From: a virus
DNA: 64,000 nt
Virus record (IMG/VR): IMGVR_UViG_3300025849_000009
Direction: 5' to 3' (one strand)
The translations under genes were made by a program, and so were the position numbers. How positions within the stretch are numbered: the stretch's first letter is position 1; each line of letters begins with the position of its first letter. The notes under the pieces were generated by a model that did no database searches, was not told the DNA's origin, and worked only from the letters and a program-made list of their open reading frames with translations. Shown piece after piece: positions 27,500 to 37,144 of the stretch.

Positions 27500-28738
27500 T
27501 TACTCAGCAACACCTCTAACGATAATGTCATCAGTGTTTTCTAAGTCATAACCTAAACCAGAAACTGTGAAGTTTTCGCCATCAGTAGTCGTGTAATCTG
27601 TAATCTGTAAACCGTTAACGAATACTAAGATATCGTCATTGTCTAAGTCGATTTCAGTTGCAACGCTAAACGTAGTTGAAGTACCAAATGTTGCAGTTTG
27701 CTCAAGCTTATCAGTTCCAGCAAGACTAGAAATTTCACCTCTTAATACAGATAAGATGCTAGTTTCTCTTCCGTCTGTGTAAGTGTTAGCATTTGTTTGA
27801 GCAGCAGATTGTGCAGCGTTAGCTTTTGATGTTGCATCAGCGGCAGCAGTAGCTACAGCGTCAGATTCAGCAACGTCAGCGTAAGACTTTGCAGAAGAAA
27901 GAACGATTCCATCTAATCTTCCTGCTTCAGACTCAGCATCTAACTCAGCTTGATCAGCATAAACCTTAGCAGAGCTTAATGCAGTTGCAGCAGAACCAAC
28001 AGCATCGTAGTTACTAGCTAAACCATCAGCATAGCTTTCAGCAGCAGCTTCTGCAGCGTTAGCTTTTGATGTTGCGTCAGCGGCAGCAGTAGCTACAGCG
28101 TCAGATTCAGCAACGTCAGCGTAAGACTTAGCAGAGCTTAATACTACAGCATCTGCAGAAACTGCAGTTGAAATTGCAGTAGAATCACCTGTTGAAATTG
28201 CAGCAGATAATCCGTCTACATCACTAGTGTCTAATCCATCTACGAAAGTCTTAATCTCAGCAAATGTATCCAACGTAGAGTCAGAATCCAATAATAATGC
28301 ATCAATTCTATCTTTTTGTAAGTCAGAGTGAGACTGTGCAGAAGAAAGAACGATTGCATCCAATCTTCCTGCTTCAGATTCAGCATCTAACTCAGCTTGA
28401 TCAGCATAAGACTTAGCAGAGCTTAATGCAGTTGCAGCAGCGCCAGCAGCATCATAGTTACCAGCTAAACCATCAGCATACCCTTCAGCAGCAGATTGTG
28501 CAGCGTTAGCTTTTGATGTTGCATCAGCGGCAGCAGTAGCTACAGCGTCAGATTCAGCAACGTCAGCATAAGACTTAGCAGAGCTTAACAATACAACATC
28601 TGCAGAAACTGCAGTTGAAATTGCTTCAGACTTTGCGACTGAAATACCCGTTACGGTACCTGTTCCGATTGCTCCGTCATGTACAGCCGCAACTGCAGAT
28701 ACGAAATCAGAAATTTGTTTTACTTTTAATTGTGCCAT
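27500..28738 (-). CDS. Ala-rich repetitive coiled-coil fibre protein
   Basis: Three copies of SSAKSYADVAESDAVATAAADATSKANAA; DTFAEI motif; VFVNG C-terminal domain. Confidence 0.8.
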   Translation of the reverse strand: MAQLKVKQISDFVSAVAAVHDGAIGTGTVTGISVAKSEAISTAVSADVVLLSSAKSYADVAESDAVATAAADATSKANAAQSAAEGYADGLAGNYDAAGAAATALSSAKSYADQAELDAESEAGRLDAIVLSSAQSHSDLQKDRIDALLLDSDSTLDTFAEIKTFVDGLDTSDVDGLSAAISTGDSTAISTAVSADAVVLSSAKSYADVAESDAVATAAADATSKANAAEAAAESYADGLASNYDAVGSAATALSSAKVYADQAELDAESEAGRLDGIVLSSAKSYADVAESDAVATAAADATSKANAAQSAAQTNANTYTDGRETSILSVLRGEISSLAGTDKLEQTATFGTSTTFSVATEIDLDNDDILVFVNGLQITDYTTTDGENFTVSGLGYDLENTDDIIVRGVAE

Positions 28739-28796
28739 GTTTTATATATGTTATTTTTAGGCCTAAGGACATTATTGTCCTCTTGATATTATATAT

Positions 28797-28832
28797 AAAA
28801 AATGCCGAACATTTTACGTCATGCTCGGCATC
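28797..28832 (-). terminator. Probable intrinsic terminator
   Basis: TGCCGAGCA...TGTTCGGCA followed by T run. Confidence 0.65.
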
Positions 28833-28866
28833 TTTTTAAGTTTTTTTTATATTAATTTATATTATA

Positions 28867-30741
28867 TTAATCTAAACTTGATTTTTCGTATCCAACATCG
28901 ATATCATCTGTTGCATCTAATTCATAACCTGCAATTGAGCCGTTCCAATAAAGAGTATCTCCGGCTGCAATGTCTTTAATTAATCTTGCAGATGTTCCAC
29001 CGTCATTTGAAAAATAAGATGCTTCTGATTTAACTCCGTCACCTAGATTAATTTCCATGCCATTTACTTTAATAGTTACTACTGAATCATCAAATGGTGT
29101 ATATGTTATATTAATTCCTGTTGAATCACCATCATTAGCTGTAACATTAGATATTTTATTTAAATCTGTAGATGTGCTAACACCACGTGCAGTTGTTCCA
29201 CCGCCACTTGATTCAATTAATAATAAATAAGGAACTCTACCTGAATTTGAAGAAACCGCTCCATTAGAATTAATCCATCCACCAGTAATTGGTGAACCTG
29301 TAATTTCAATTGGACCACCAGCTGCTCTATTCAAAGTTAAAACTGGAGCACCAACTGTAGCTGACATTCCAATTCCTGTCCACGATGCAGTTCCTACAAC
29401 ATTATTACCAAACGCTGCTGGATTTACATTAGTTAAAACAACTTGAGTAGCTGATCCCTTTGTTGAGATTTTTACAGTTTGCCCATCGTATGCAGACATA
29501 GTTACTAGTCCAGCTTCAAGATCTAAACCACCTGCATTAATAGCCGCTTGAAATTTAGCTAATATTGCCGTTGGAGAAATAACATCATAAACATCTCCTA
29601 AATTTAATGTATCGTCCGGATTATCAAATAAAATAGTTTGTGGTGGATTTACACCATCGCCTATTGTAATTTCACCAATTGCAGGTGTATCACCTTGTTT
29701 ACCCGTTACAATATAAGAATCACTTACACTATAATAATCGTTAGATGCATAGTTAGGTTCTATATCACCTCCTTGAATACTTACTGGAGTTGCTGATGCA
29801 GTCGCAGTAACATCTAATCCAAGATTATTAATATTTGTTTTAAAGTCATTAATAGAAGTTACGCTATCTCCATTAGGACCGTCATGTACAGTAGTACCAT
29901 TAATAATAACAACATCGCTAGATCCTGGTAATGCAGTTCCTACTATTTTAGAAGAAGCTATTTTATTATTCAATTGTAAATAACTTGCTTTGCCACCCGC
30001 AACTGTTGTGATTTCACCTGGATTATTTAAGTCTGTATAATAAATAGAACCCGGTGAACCTGTTAATGCTTCTGGATTTTTATAATTTCTAATAATATCA
30101 TTAAATGGTTTTACGAATACATCTTTACCACTTCTAATACTGTCTAATACTGTACCTATTTTTTGATTTATAGCACCAACTGCTCCGAATTTTACTAAAT
30201 CTCCACTTGTATTAATTGTTATTACATCACCTTTGTCAACAGAAGGTGCAGAAGTATGTGAAAATTTAACTCTATCATCGGCCTCGTTTACAACAAATCT
30301 ACTTTGTACTTTATCTAAACCACCTGCAGCAAATGCACTAGTATCAGTAATGATTGCTTCTCCTTCAGAATTATTACTAAATACAATAATACCTCCACCT
30401 TGTGCGAAAGAATTAATATTATTTAATCTAAAAGATAACATATCTACATCTTCTGCAATTAATTCTACAATACCTTCGGTTTTGGCTGAGATTGATTTAA
30501 TTCTTAAGATCGTTTGACCTTGAGCATCTGATATCCACATTCCTTCAGAAACGTCGATGCCGTTATATTCGTTTGCTTTTCTAGAGGAACCATCTCCAGT
30601 TGATTGTGCATTTACAGAAATCGTTATGTTATAAGTTTGATTCTGTAAAGACATTCCTGTTCCATCGTTTTCTCCGTAAGCCAATTGGCCACTAATCGTG
30701 GATACAGTTCCATTTAAGGTTATTGGTGTAAATGTTGACAT
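28867..30741 (-). CDS. Putative virion structural protein
   Basis: 624 aa, G/S/T/N-rich beta composition; C-terminal domain resembles that of the next gene (VNG, GY.L...DDI.V). Confidence 0.7.
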   Translation of the reverse strand: MSTFTPITLNGTVSTISGQLAYGENDGTGMSLQNQTYNITISVNAQSTGDGSSRKANEYNGIDVSEGMWISDAQGQTILRIKSISAKTEGIVELIAEDVDMLSFRLNNINSFAQGGGIIVFSNNSEGEAIITDTSAFAAGGLDKVQSRFVVNEADDRVKFSHTSAPSVDKGDVITINTSGDLVKFGAVGAINQKIGTVLDSIRSGKDVFVKPFNDIIRNYKNPEALTGSPGSIYYTDLNNPGEITTVAGGKASYLQLNNKIASSKIVGTALPGSSDVVIINGTTVHDGPNGDSVTSINDFKTNINNLGLDVTATASATPVSIQGGDIEPNYASNDYYSVSDSYIVTGKQGDTPAIGEITIGDGVNPPQTILFDNPDDTLNLGDVYDVISPTAILAKFQAAINAGGLDLEAGLVTMSAYDGQTVKISTKGSATQVVLTNVNPAAFGNNVVGTASWTGIGMSATVGAPVLTLNRAAGGPIEITGSPITGGWINSNGAVSSNSGRVPYLLLIESSGGGTTARGVSTSTDLNKISNVTANDGDSTGINITYTPFDDSVVTIKVNGMEINLGDGVKSEASYFSNDGGTSARLIKDIAAGDTLYWNGSIAGYELDATDDIDVGYEKSSLD

Positions 30742-30765
30742 AGTTTGCTTTCTATATTATTATTT

Positions 30766-30783
30766 GGGCGACCGAAGTCGCCC
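30766..30783 (-). terminator. Hairpin (terminator or processing site)
   Basis: GGGCGAC-TTCG-GTCGCCC with UUCG loop but poor T tract. Confidence 0.5.
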
Positions 30784-30796
30784 TTAGTTTGGTTTA

Positions 30797-33700
30797 TTAA
30801 AATTTAAATATTATAAATGCGTGAGCTTCTTTAGTTGTTTGACCGAATCCACCAGCATTTCTTACTGCATCGATATTACCCATACCTAAATCTAATTTAA
30901 TTTTAGCTGCACTAAAGTTAGTGAATAAATCAGTTGTAACTTGATTACCAATACTAAAACTAGATGAGTGCGCAGATTCTGTAATACCCTGTGCATAGAA
31001 TGATGCGTTGTTACCACCACCGTCTAAATGTGTTATAACATATCTTGAATTGTTGGCTTGATATGCATATACAAGGATTGCTTTCGGTGGTTGATTTTGA
31101 CCACTGAATGAAAATTCTTGATTATCACCAGCACGTGTTCCTATAGATGCGTTAGATGTTTCAAATACACCTGATCCACTTGGATCGATAAATTCACACC
31201 CACCTAAAGCTTGCGATGCAGTGTATTCTGCTCTTACACAATAATAAGTTCCACCTGATCCAGTTGCAACGTCTGACCATTCAACTGCGTAATCAACATT
31301 TGAAGATTTAACAAGTGCTTGACCCGTTGTTCCTCCTCCTGCAATTCCAGATCCATTTGCTCCAGCTGCTCCTTCCGGCCCCTGTGGTCCTTCCGGTCCT
31401 TGCGGTCCGGTGGCTCCATTAGCTCCGTCAACTCCATCAATACCTGAAGTTCCGGCGTCACCTTGATCACCTTTAACTCCATTGATTCCAGATGTTCCAT
31501 TAACTCCTGAAGTTCCATTTGTTCCTGAAGTTCCGGCGTCACCTTGATCACCTTTAGCTCCATCAACTCCTGAAGTTCCATCAACTCCTGATGTTCCATC
31601 GTTTCCATCAACTCCTGAAGTTCCATTTGTTCCTGAAGAACCATCTGTTCCTGAAGTTCCAGCGTCACCTTGATCACCTTTAGCTCCGTCAACTCCTGAA
31701 GTTCCATCGTTTCCATCAACTCCTGAAGTTCCATTAACTCCTGAAGTTCCATTTGTTCCTGAAGTTCCAGCGTCACCTTGATCACCTTTAGCTCCATCAA
31801 TTCCAGATGTTCCGTCAACTCCTGAAGTTCCAGCATCACCTTGATCACCTTTAGCTCCATTAATTCCTGAAGTTCCAGCGTCACCTTGATCACCTTTAGC
31901 TCCATCAACTCCTGAAGTTCCATTTGTTCCTGAAGTTCCAGAAAGTCCTGAAGTTCCGTCGCTTCCGTCAACTCCATCAATACCTGAAGTTCCATCAACT
32001 CCTGAAGTTCCACTAATTCCTGAAGTTCCATTGTTTCCGTCAACTCCATTATTACCAGCATCACCTTTATCACCTTGAGGACCTTGATCTCCTTGATCTC
32101 CTTTAAGACCATTAATTCCTGAAGAACCATTAGTTCCTGAAGTTCCATCGTTTCCATCAACTCCATTAATACCTGAAGTTCCATCAACTCCAGATGTTCC
32201 ACTAATTCCAGAAGTTCCATCTACACCATTGTTACCAATATTACCTTGATCACCTTTGGCTCCATCAACTCCTGAAGTTCCATTTATTCCTGAAGTTCCA
32301 TTAACTCCTGAAGTTCCATCGTTTCCGTTATTTCCTGGAAGACCTTGATCACCTTGATCACCTTTGGCTCCATTGTTTCCGTCAACTCCATCAATACCTG
32401 AAGTTCCATCAACTCCTGAAGAACCTGAAACACCTGAAGTTCCATCATTACCATTGATGCCGTTAGCTCCATCTTTACCAGATGTTCCATCGACACCGCT
32501 TGCACCTTGATCACCTTTAAGACCTTGTGCACCGTCTGCTCCATTAACTCCGCTTGTTCCGTCAACTCCATCGTTTCCGTCAATACCAGATGTTCCACTA
32601 ATACCTGACGTTCCAGCGTCACCTTGATCACCTTTAAGACCTTGAATACCTTGATCACCTTGATCACCTTTAAGACCTTGAAGACCTTGATCACCTTGAT
32701 CACCTTTAGCTCCATCAACTCCATTGACTCCATTGACTCCATCAACTCCATCAATACCTGAAGTTCCATCATCACCTTTAGCACCGTCAATACCTGAAGT
32801 TCCAGATTGGCCGTTAATTCCAGATGTTCCATCAACTCCATTAATACCTGAAGTTCCATCTAATCCTCTTAAACCTTGTGCTCCGTCAACTCCACTTGTT
32901 CCATCAGTACCTGAAGTTCCAGCTTGACCAATATCACCTTGTGCTCCTGTTTCACCATCTTTACCAGATGTTCCATCGACACCCCTTAGACCTTGTTCAC
33001 CTTGAAGACCTTGATCACCTTGATCACCTTTAGCACCATCAATTCCTGAAGTTCCATCAATTCCTGAAGAACCAGATGTTCCAGAAGTTGTAACAGTTAC
33101 TGAAGGGAAAACAACTTCAACTTTTCCGTCATTTAAATTATTAATAACTGCACCTCCTGAAAACGTAAGACTATTAACCTCGTCAATAGCTACATCGCCT
33201 TGTGGTATAATTGAAATACCAGCTGATGGTGAAGAATAAGATTCGCTAAAAATACCAAGTTCATCACCTACTCCGATCTTATAATCAGATCCAGAAATAA
33301 ATGAATTTCCTTCTGATTGTACGTGTAATTCAATAGCATCACTTGAGTCGTTGTTTATTGGATTATCAGGATTAACATTTAATACATCTACATATGACCA
33401 TGTTTTAATTTCAAATGCAGAGTATTCACTATTGTTATTTACATTGGTTAAGAATAAAGAAACTTTAACTCCGTCAACATTAATTCTATTTAATAGTATA
33501 GACTCTAAATAATTATTTCTATATCCTTTATCGTCTGTTAAAGCAATTCTAATTTTAGTAACACCATTAGGATCTTCGTCATTTATAACTAATTCTCCAC
33601 TAGCAGGTTTATCTGTAGAACTTAAAGACTTAACTTTATATACAGCACCAGGTAATGTGAATCTACTTGCAACTATATCACCTATTTTATCACCAGCATC

Positions 33701-34090
33701 ATAGATATTGGCAAGTTTTAATGTTGGTAGTTGCGTTTGAGTAATTCCTCTAACTACTGTGATTTTACATTTAATAGCACCGTGAAAATTTAAATCTCCA
33801 AATGGTAATGCAGCAGTTTGTTCTGCACTAAATTCAAGTGATATAGCACCTCGTAAATCAGTGTTTGCAGCACCGTATAATAAAGTACCATTAGATTTAC
33901 TTACTGAATATATTAATTGATTTTCAGCATTATAAACATCTACGATTACGTTATCGGTTACCCCGATGTTTAGTTGATTACCTACGTGGTCTTGGTGTAG
34001 CGTGATTCCAATACTCGATGATTGTCCTCTAACTATCCTAGCTAATTCTGGTAATACTACGATTAAGTTTTGATTTGAAACAGTTGGCAT
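30797..34090 (-). CDS. Collagen-like fibre protein with Y-position lysines
   Basis: About 590-aa G-X-Y region with about 16 G-X-K-G (GAKGDQ/GLKGDQ). Confidence 0.88.
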   Translation of the reverse strand: MPTVSNQNLIVVLPELARIVRGQSSSIGITLHQDHVGNQLNIGVTDNVIVDVYNAENQLIYSVSKSNGTLLYGAANTDLRGAISLEFSAEQTAALPFGDLNFHGAIKCKITVVRGITQTQLPTLKLANIYDAGDKIGDIVASRFTLPGAVYKVKSLSSTDKPASGELVINDEDPNGVTKIRIALTDDKGYRNNYLESILLNRINVDGVKVSLFLTNVNNNSEYSAFEIKTWSYVDVLNVNPDNPINNDSSDAIELHVQSEGNSFISGSDYKIGVGDELGIFSESYSSPSAGISIIPQGDVAIDEVNSLTFSGGAVINNLNDGKVEVVFPSVTVTTSGTSGSSGIDGTSGIDGAKGDQGDQGLQGEQGLRGVDGTSGKDGETGAQGDIGQAGTSGTDGTSGVDGAQGLRGLDGTSGINGVDGTSGINGQSGTSGIDGAKGDDGTSGIDGVDGVNGVNGVDGAKGDQGDQGLQGLKGDQGDQGIQGLKGDQGDAGTSGISGTSGIDGNDGVDGTSGVNGADGAQGLKGDQGASGVDGTSGKDGANGINGNDGTSGVSGSSGVDGTSGIDGVDGNNGAKGDQGDQGLPGNNGNDGTSGVNGTSGINGTSGVDGAKGDQGNIGNNGVDGTSGISGTSGVDGTSGINGVDGNDGTSGTNGSSGINGLKGDQGDQGPQGDKGDAGNNGVDGNNGTSGISGTSGVDGTSGIDGVDGSDGTSGLSGTSGTNGTSGVDGAKGDQGDAGTSGINGAKGDQGDAGTSGVDGTSGIDGAKGDQGDAGTSGTNGTSGVNGTSGVDGNDGTSGVDGAKGDQGDAGTSGTDGSSGTNGTSGVDGNDGTSGVDGTSGVDGAKGDQGDAGTSGTNGTSGVNGTSGINGVKGDQGDAGTSGIDGVDGANGATGPQGPEGPQGPEGAAGANGSGIAGGGTTGQALVKSSNVDYAVEWSDVATGSGGTYYCVRAEYTASQALGGCEFIDPSGSGVFETSNASIGTRAGDNQEFSFSGQNQPPKAILVYAYQANNSRYVITHLDGGGNNASFYAQGITESAHSSSFSIGNQVTTDLFTNFSAAKIKLDLGMGNIDAVRNAGGFGQTTKEAHAFIIFKF

Positions 34091-34129
34091 GTTGATATTA
34101 TGTTTTTTTCTTTGGTTTATATATCAGTG

Positions 34130-34840
34130 TTAAAATGAGTAGTCTCTATGTAGCATAGAAAATATCATTTGATTAATTACACCTATTGCGTTATTTTCTA
34201 ATATTGTTTCTGTTTTGCAATCGGTTCTGATTATTATTTTATCTGGATCTTTAGATATTAATTCTTCTATTCTGCTAAAATAAGTATCTTCTGACCATTC
34301 TTCAGATTGTATGTACGTCATATTAAACTTTTTCCAATCTTTAGTAAAATATTTATTTGGTTTTACAAAATGATATACATGCAACATGTTGTCGGCTGTC
34401 TTAATAAACACAAAACCATCATTTAAGAAATACTTTTTACTTGGTACATATACACATGAAGTTCCTTCTTCGATCGCTCTCCATCTTTCTCTGCACATCG
34501 AGTGAAGTTCTTCGAACTCATCAATAGCTTCACCTAATATAGAATCTAATACATCATCTGTTTCTAAATCATCTTCTTCCGGAAAAAATATCTCTAATCC
34601 TGGAATTTCAAACCCACTTACTATTTGATCTATTGGATTTGGATTTTGTGTCATTTTAACAGCATCATATCTATATAAGTAATCCAACGTATCGTCTATT
34701 TCAAACAATGCTGGAATTAATTGACCCGATTCTAATATAGCCTTAATATTGGAAACAGCACTTTTTAGTTTATATGTGCGATATTCAATATCGTTTGGTC
34801 CTTCATTAAACCATTTTGGTATTTTAGTTTTAATACTCAT
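34130..34840 (-). CDS. Hypothetical protein
   Basis: 236-aa ORF. Confidence 0.8.
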   Translation of the reverse strand: MSIKTKIPKWFNEGPNDIEYRTYKLKSAVSNIKAILESGQLIPALFEIDDTLDYLYRYDAVKMTQNPNPIDQIVSGFEIPGLEIFFPEEDDLETDDVLDSILGEAIDEFEELHSMCRERWRAIEEGTSCVYVPSKKYFLNDGFVFIKTADNMLHVYHFVKPNKYFTKDWKKFNMTYIQSEEWSEDTYFSRIEELISKDPDKIIIRTDCKTETILENNAIGVINQMIFSMLHRDYSF

Positions 34841-34875
34841 ACTGTATTTATCATATCGGATATTGTATAAAAACT

Positions 34876-34914
34876 AAAAAAGGACATTATCTTAATTAAT
34901 AATGTCCTTTTTTT
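34876..34914 (-). terminator. Intrinsic terminator
   Basis: AAAGGACATTAT...ATAATGTCCTTT flanked by A/T runs. Confidence 0.75.
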
Positions 34915-34937
34915 ATATTATAATATTCTTATATTAT

Positions 34938-35258
34938 TTACTCTTCTTTATACTTTTTTTTAGATTTTGATTTTATTAATGTGGTTTCTTCGGAATAGTT
35001 TTCGGAATTCGTAGTTAACCCCCATTGTAAAATAAACCAACTAATTTCTTTTTCAGCAACTGCTTTACTCATTTTTAATTTTGTTTTAAGTATTTTAGTT
35101 GCTTCTTTAATAAACACAGCTTCCTTTTCTCTAGTAGTATTATACCTCATATACCAGTCGTTTTCTTTAACAACATCTTTATATGTTTTGCCATGTGGTT
35201 TTAGTTGTAAATTAATCAACTCAATAAACACCTCTCTAGTTTTTTGTCTACTTGCCAT
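34938..35258 (-). CDS. Hypothetical basic protein
   Basis: 106-aa ORF. Confidence 0.8.
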   Translation of the reverse strand: MASRQKTREVFIELINLQLKPHGKTYKDVVKENDWYMRYNTTREKEAVFIKEATKILKTKLKMSKAVAEKEISWFILQWGLTTNSENYSEETTLIKSKSKKKYKEE

Positions 35259-35268
35259 AATCTATATA

Positions 35269-35958
35269 TTAACTTTGTTTTGGTTTTATGATCTCGTCTA
35301 TAATTCCATACTTAACAGCTTCCTCTGCATTTAACCAAAAATCACGTGTTGCATCCTTCATTACTCTTTCTGGTTTCTTTCCACAATACGTTCCAAGTAA
35401 ATTAAATAATTCTACATTTACTTTTTTCCACTCTGCCCAATCAACTTCAGCATCTTGAATATTTCCACTGAATCCACCTGAAGATTGGTGTAACATTGTA
35501 GTCGAATGTCTAAGTGACGCTCTTTTACCTTTTGTTCCAGCTCCTAATAATACTGATCCCATTGAAGCTGCCATTCCTGTGTTAACTGTACGTATGTCAC
35601 ATGGTATATATTCCATTACGTCCACCATAGATAATCCTGATTTAACTGAACCTCCCGGAGAATCAATATGCATTGTAATATCATCTGCTGCATTATTAGA
35701 TAGAAACATCAACTGTGCTTGAACAACTGTGCTCATAGCATCATTAACTGGACCTGCAACCCACAATAATCTATCGGCCATTAACCTAGAAAAGATATCC
35801 ATTTGTGTAACTCTCATTTCTCTTTCTTCAAGAATATAAGGAGTCATTGAGCTTTGTTTTTCAATATGTTTAGTAAACTGATCTACATGAGATCCACTTA
35901 CGTTAAACTCAGATTTTGCAAATCTTTGGAACTCTTTATCGTTCGGGTAATAATTCAT
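35269..35958 (-). CDS. clpP: ATP-dependent Clp protease proteolytic subunit
   Basis: TPYILEER, MDIFSRL, SPGGSV, AASMG, HQ, RDFWL.AEEAV.YG. Confidence 0.97.
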   Translation of the reverse strand: MNYYPNDKEFQRFAKSEFNVSGSHVDQFTKHIEKQSSMTPYILEEREMRVTQMDIFSRLMADRLLWVAGPVNDAMSTVVQAQLMFLSNNAADDITMHIDSPGGSVKSGLSMVDVMEYIPCDIRTVNTGMAASMGSVLLGAGTKGKRASLRHSTTMLHQSSGGFSGNIQDAEVDWAEWKKVNVELFNLLGTYCGKKPERVMKDATRDFWLNAEEAVKYGIIDEIIKPKQS

Positions 35959-36263
35959 TAGGCTATTTGTTTTTGTATTTGTTTAATTAGATCACACGTC
36001 TCATATTCTTCTATCATTGTAAAGTATTCTTTAGCTTTGAATAATGACTTCTCGTAGCCTTCTCTCGGCAATGTCATATCATATTCTCTACCTTCATCAT
36101 CTACAAGAATTGCTAGTATTTTAGATTCTTCTTTGTTTTCTATTATATTTAGTATATATTCGACAATACGTCTATAAAATATATCATATTTAGAAATCAA
36201 AACCTTTTCAAAATCTTCTGCCAAAATTCTCTGAGGATCTATGTATATTTTAGGTGGTTCCAT
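35958..36263 (-). CDS. Small protein with C-terminal UVR-like motif
   Basis: YFTMIEEYETCDLIKQI; translationally coupled to clpP. Confidence 0.75.
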   Translation of the reverse strand: MEPPKIYIDPQRILAEDFEKVLISKYDIFYRRIVEYILNIIENKEESKILAILVDDEGREYDMTLPREGYEKSLFKAKEYFTMIEEYETCDLIKQIQKQIA

Positions 36264-36264
36264 A

Positions 36265-37119
36265 TTATATTGTAAAATAATCTTTTAAAATGTTTTTGTA
36301 ATTTACTTCTTTAGATCCTTGTGTGTTATCTAATCTTTGCGTAAACTCAAGACCTTCGTCTGTTAAGAACACATCTTTGCCATTATAGTCTACTAATAGT
36401 TTTTCTAAAATCAATGTATTAATATTAGATTCTAATGCATCATCTTCGGATTTAATTTTCTTTGCTAATTCAAAATGTCTTTCATAAAAATGAATGTTAT
36501 CTGCAAAATGATGATATGTACCTAATTCTAAATCTTGATATTTGTCATGTTTTTTAAGAATCAGATAAACTGACTGCATTAAAAATGAAAAGAATGGTGC
36601 ATCAAAAGTAAGACCATAAAATATATCGTTAGATCTCATTTGTATTTTCATGTTTAATTTATTATTTCTAATAAAAAAGTTTGCATACATTGTACATACG
36701 AAATCTTTATTGCCTTTAAATTGAAATTTAGGTTGATTAAAAAACATAATAGCTTGTCGACTATTGTCATCTGCTAAAAGTGAATCTACAACCCATCCTA
36801 TTTGTTCTGTGTTAAGAACTAATGCACCATAATTTGAATTGATTTCATTAGTACCTGGATTTGTTAGTGTTGACCACATTCCAGAATATTGACCTATGTA
36901 ATCTACGTCAGTATCTCTGTGTAAATACCATGCCATTTCACCAGCAAAGTATTTCCAATTAAAAGATCTTGCTTCAAAATGAGCAATAGGTTTTGTTGGA
37001 TTTATATCGATTCTATTTAGAAGAAGTTCTTTAACTTCTAAATCTCTTGGTTTTGATACATCACCATGTGTATCAATTTGTGTTATTAGTTCTTTGAATG
37101 TTTTTGAAAAGTCTGTCAT
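36265..37119 (-). CDS. Thymidylate-synthase-fold enzyme, dCMP hydroxymethylase type
   Basis: NSNYG, SRQA, DFVCT, MRSND..G...D (Asp at the specificity position), H.YERHF. Confidence 0.8.
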   Translation of the reverse strand: MTDFSKTFKELITQIDTHGDVSKPRDLEVKELLLNRIDINPTKPIAHFEARSFNWKYFAGEMAWYLHRDTDVDYIGQYSGMWSTLTNPGTNEINSNYGALVLNTEQIGWVVDSLLADDNSRQAIMFFNQPKFQFKGNKDFVCTMYANFFIRNNKLNMKIQMRSNDIFYGLTFDAPFFSFLMQSVYLILKKHDKYQDLELGTYHHFADNIHFYERHFELAKKIKSEDDALESNINTLILEKLLVDYNGKDVFLTDEGLEFTQRLDNTQGSKEVNYKNILKDYFTI

Positions 37120-37144
37120 TTACTTTATGTTTATAGTAGTTATA

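Noticed and set aside
31234-32927. MEL/QEL-rich alternative-frame ORFs (also within 59594-63401)
   Set aside because: Frame-shifted or antisense readings of the collagen-like repeats.
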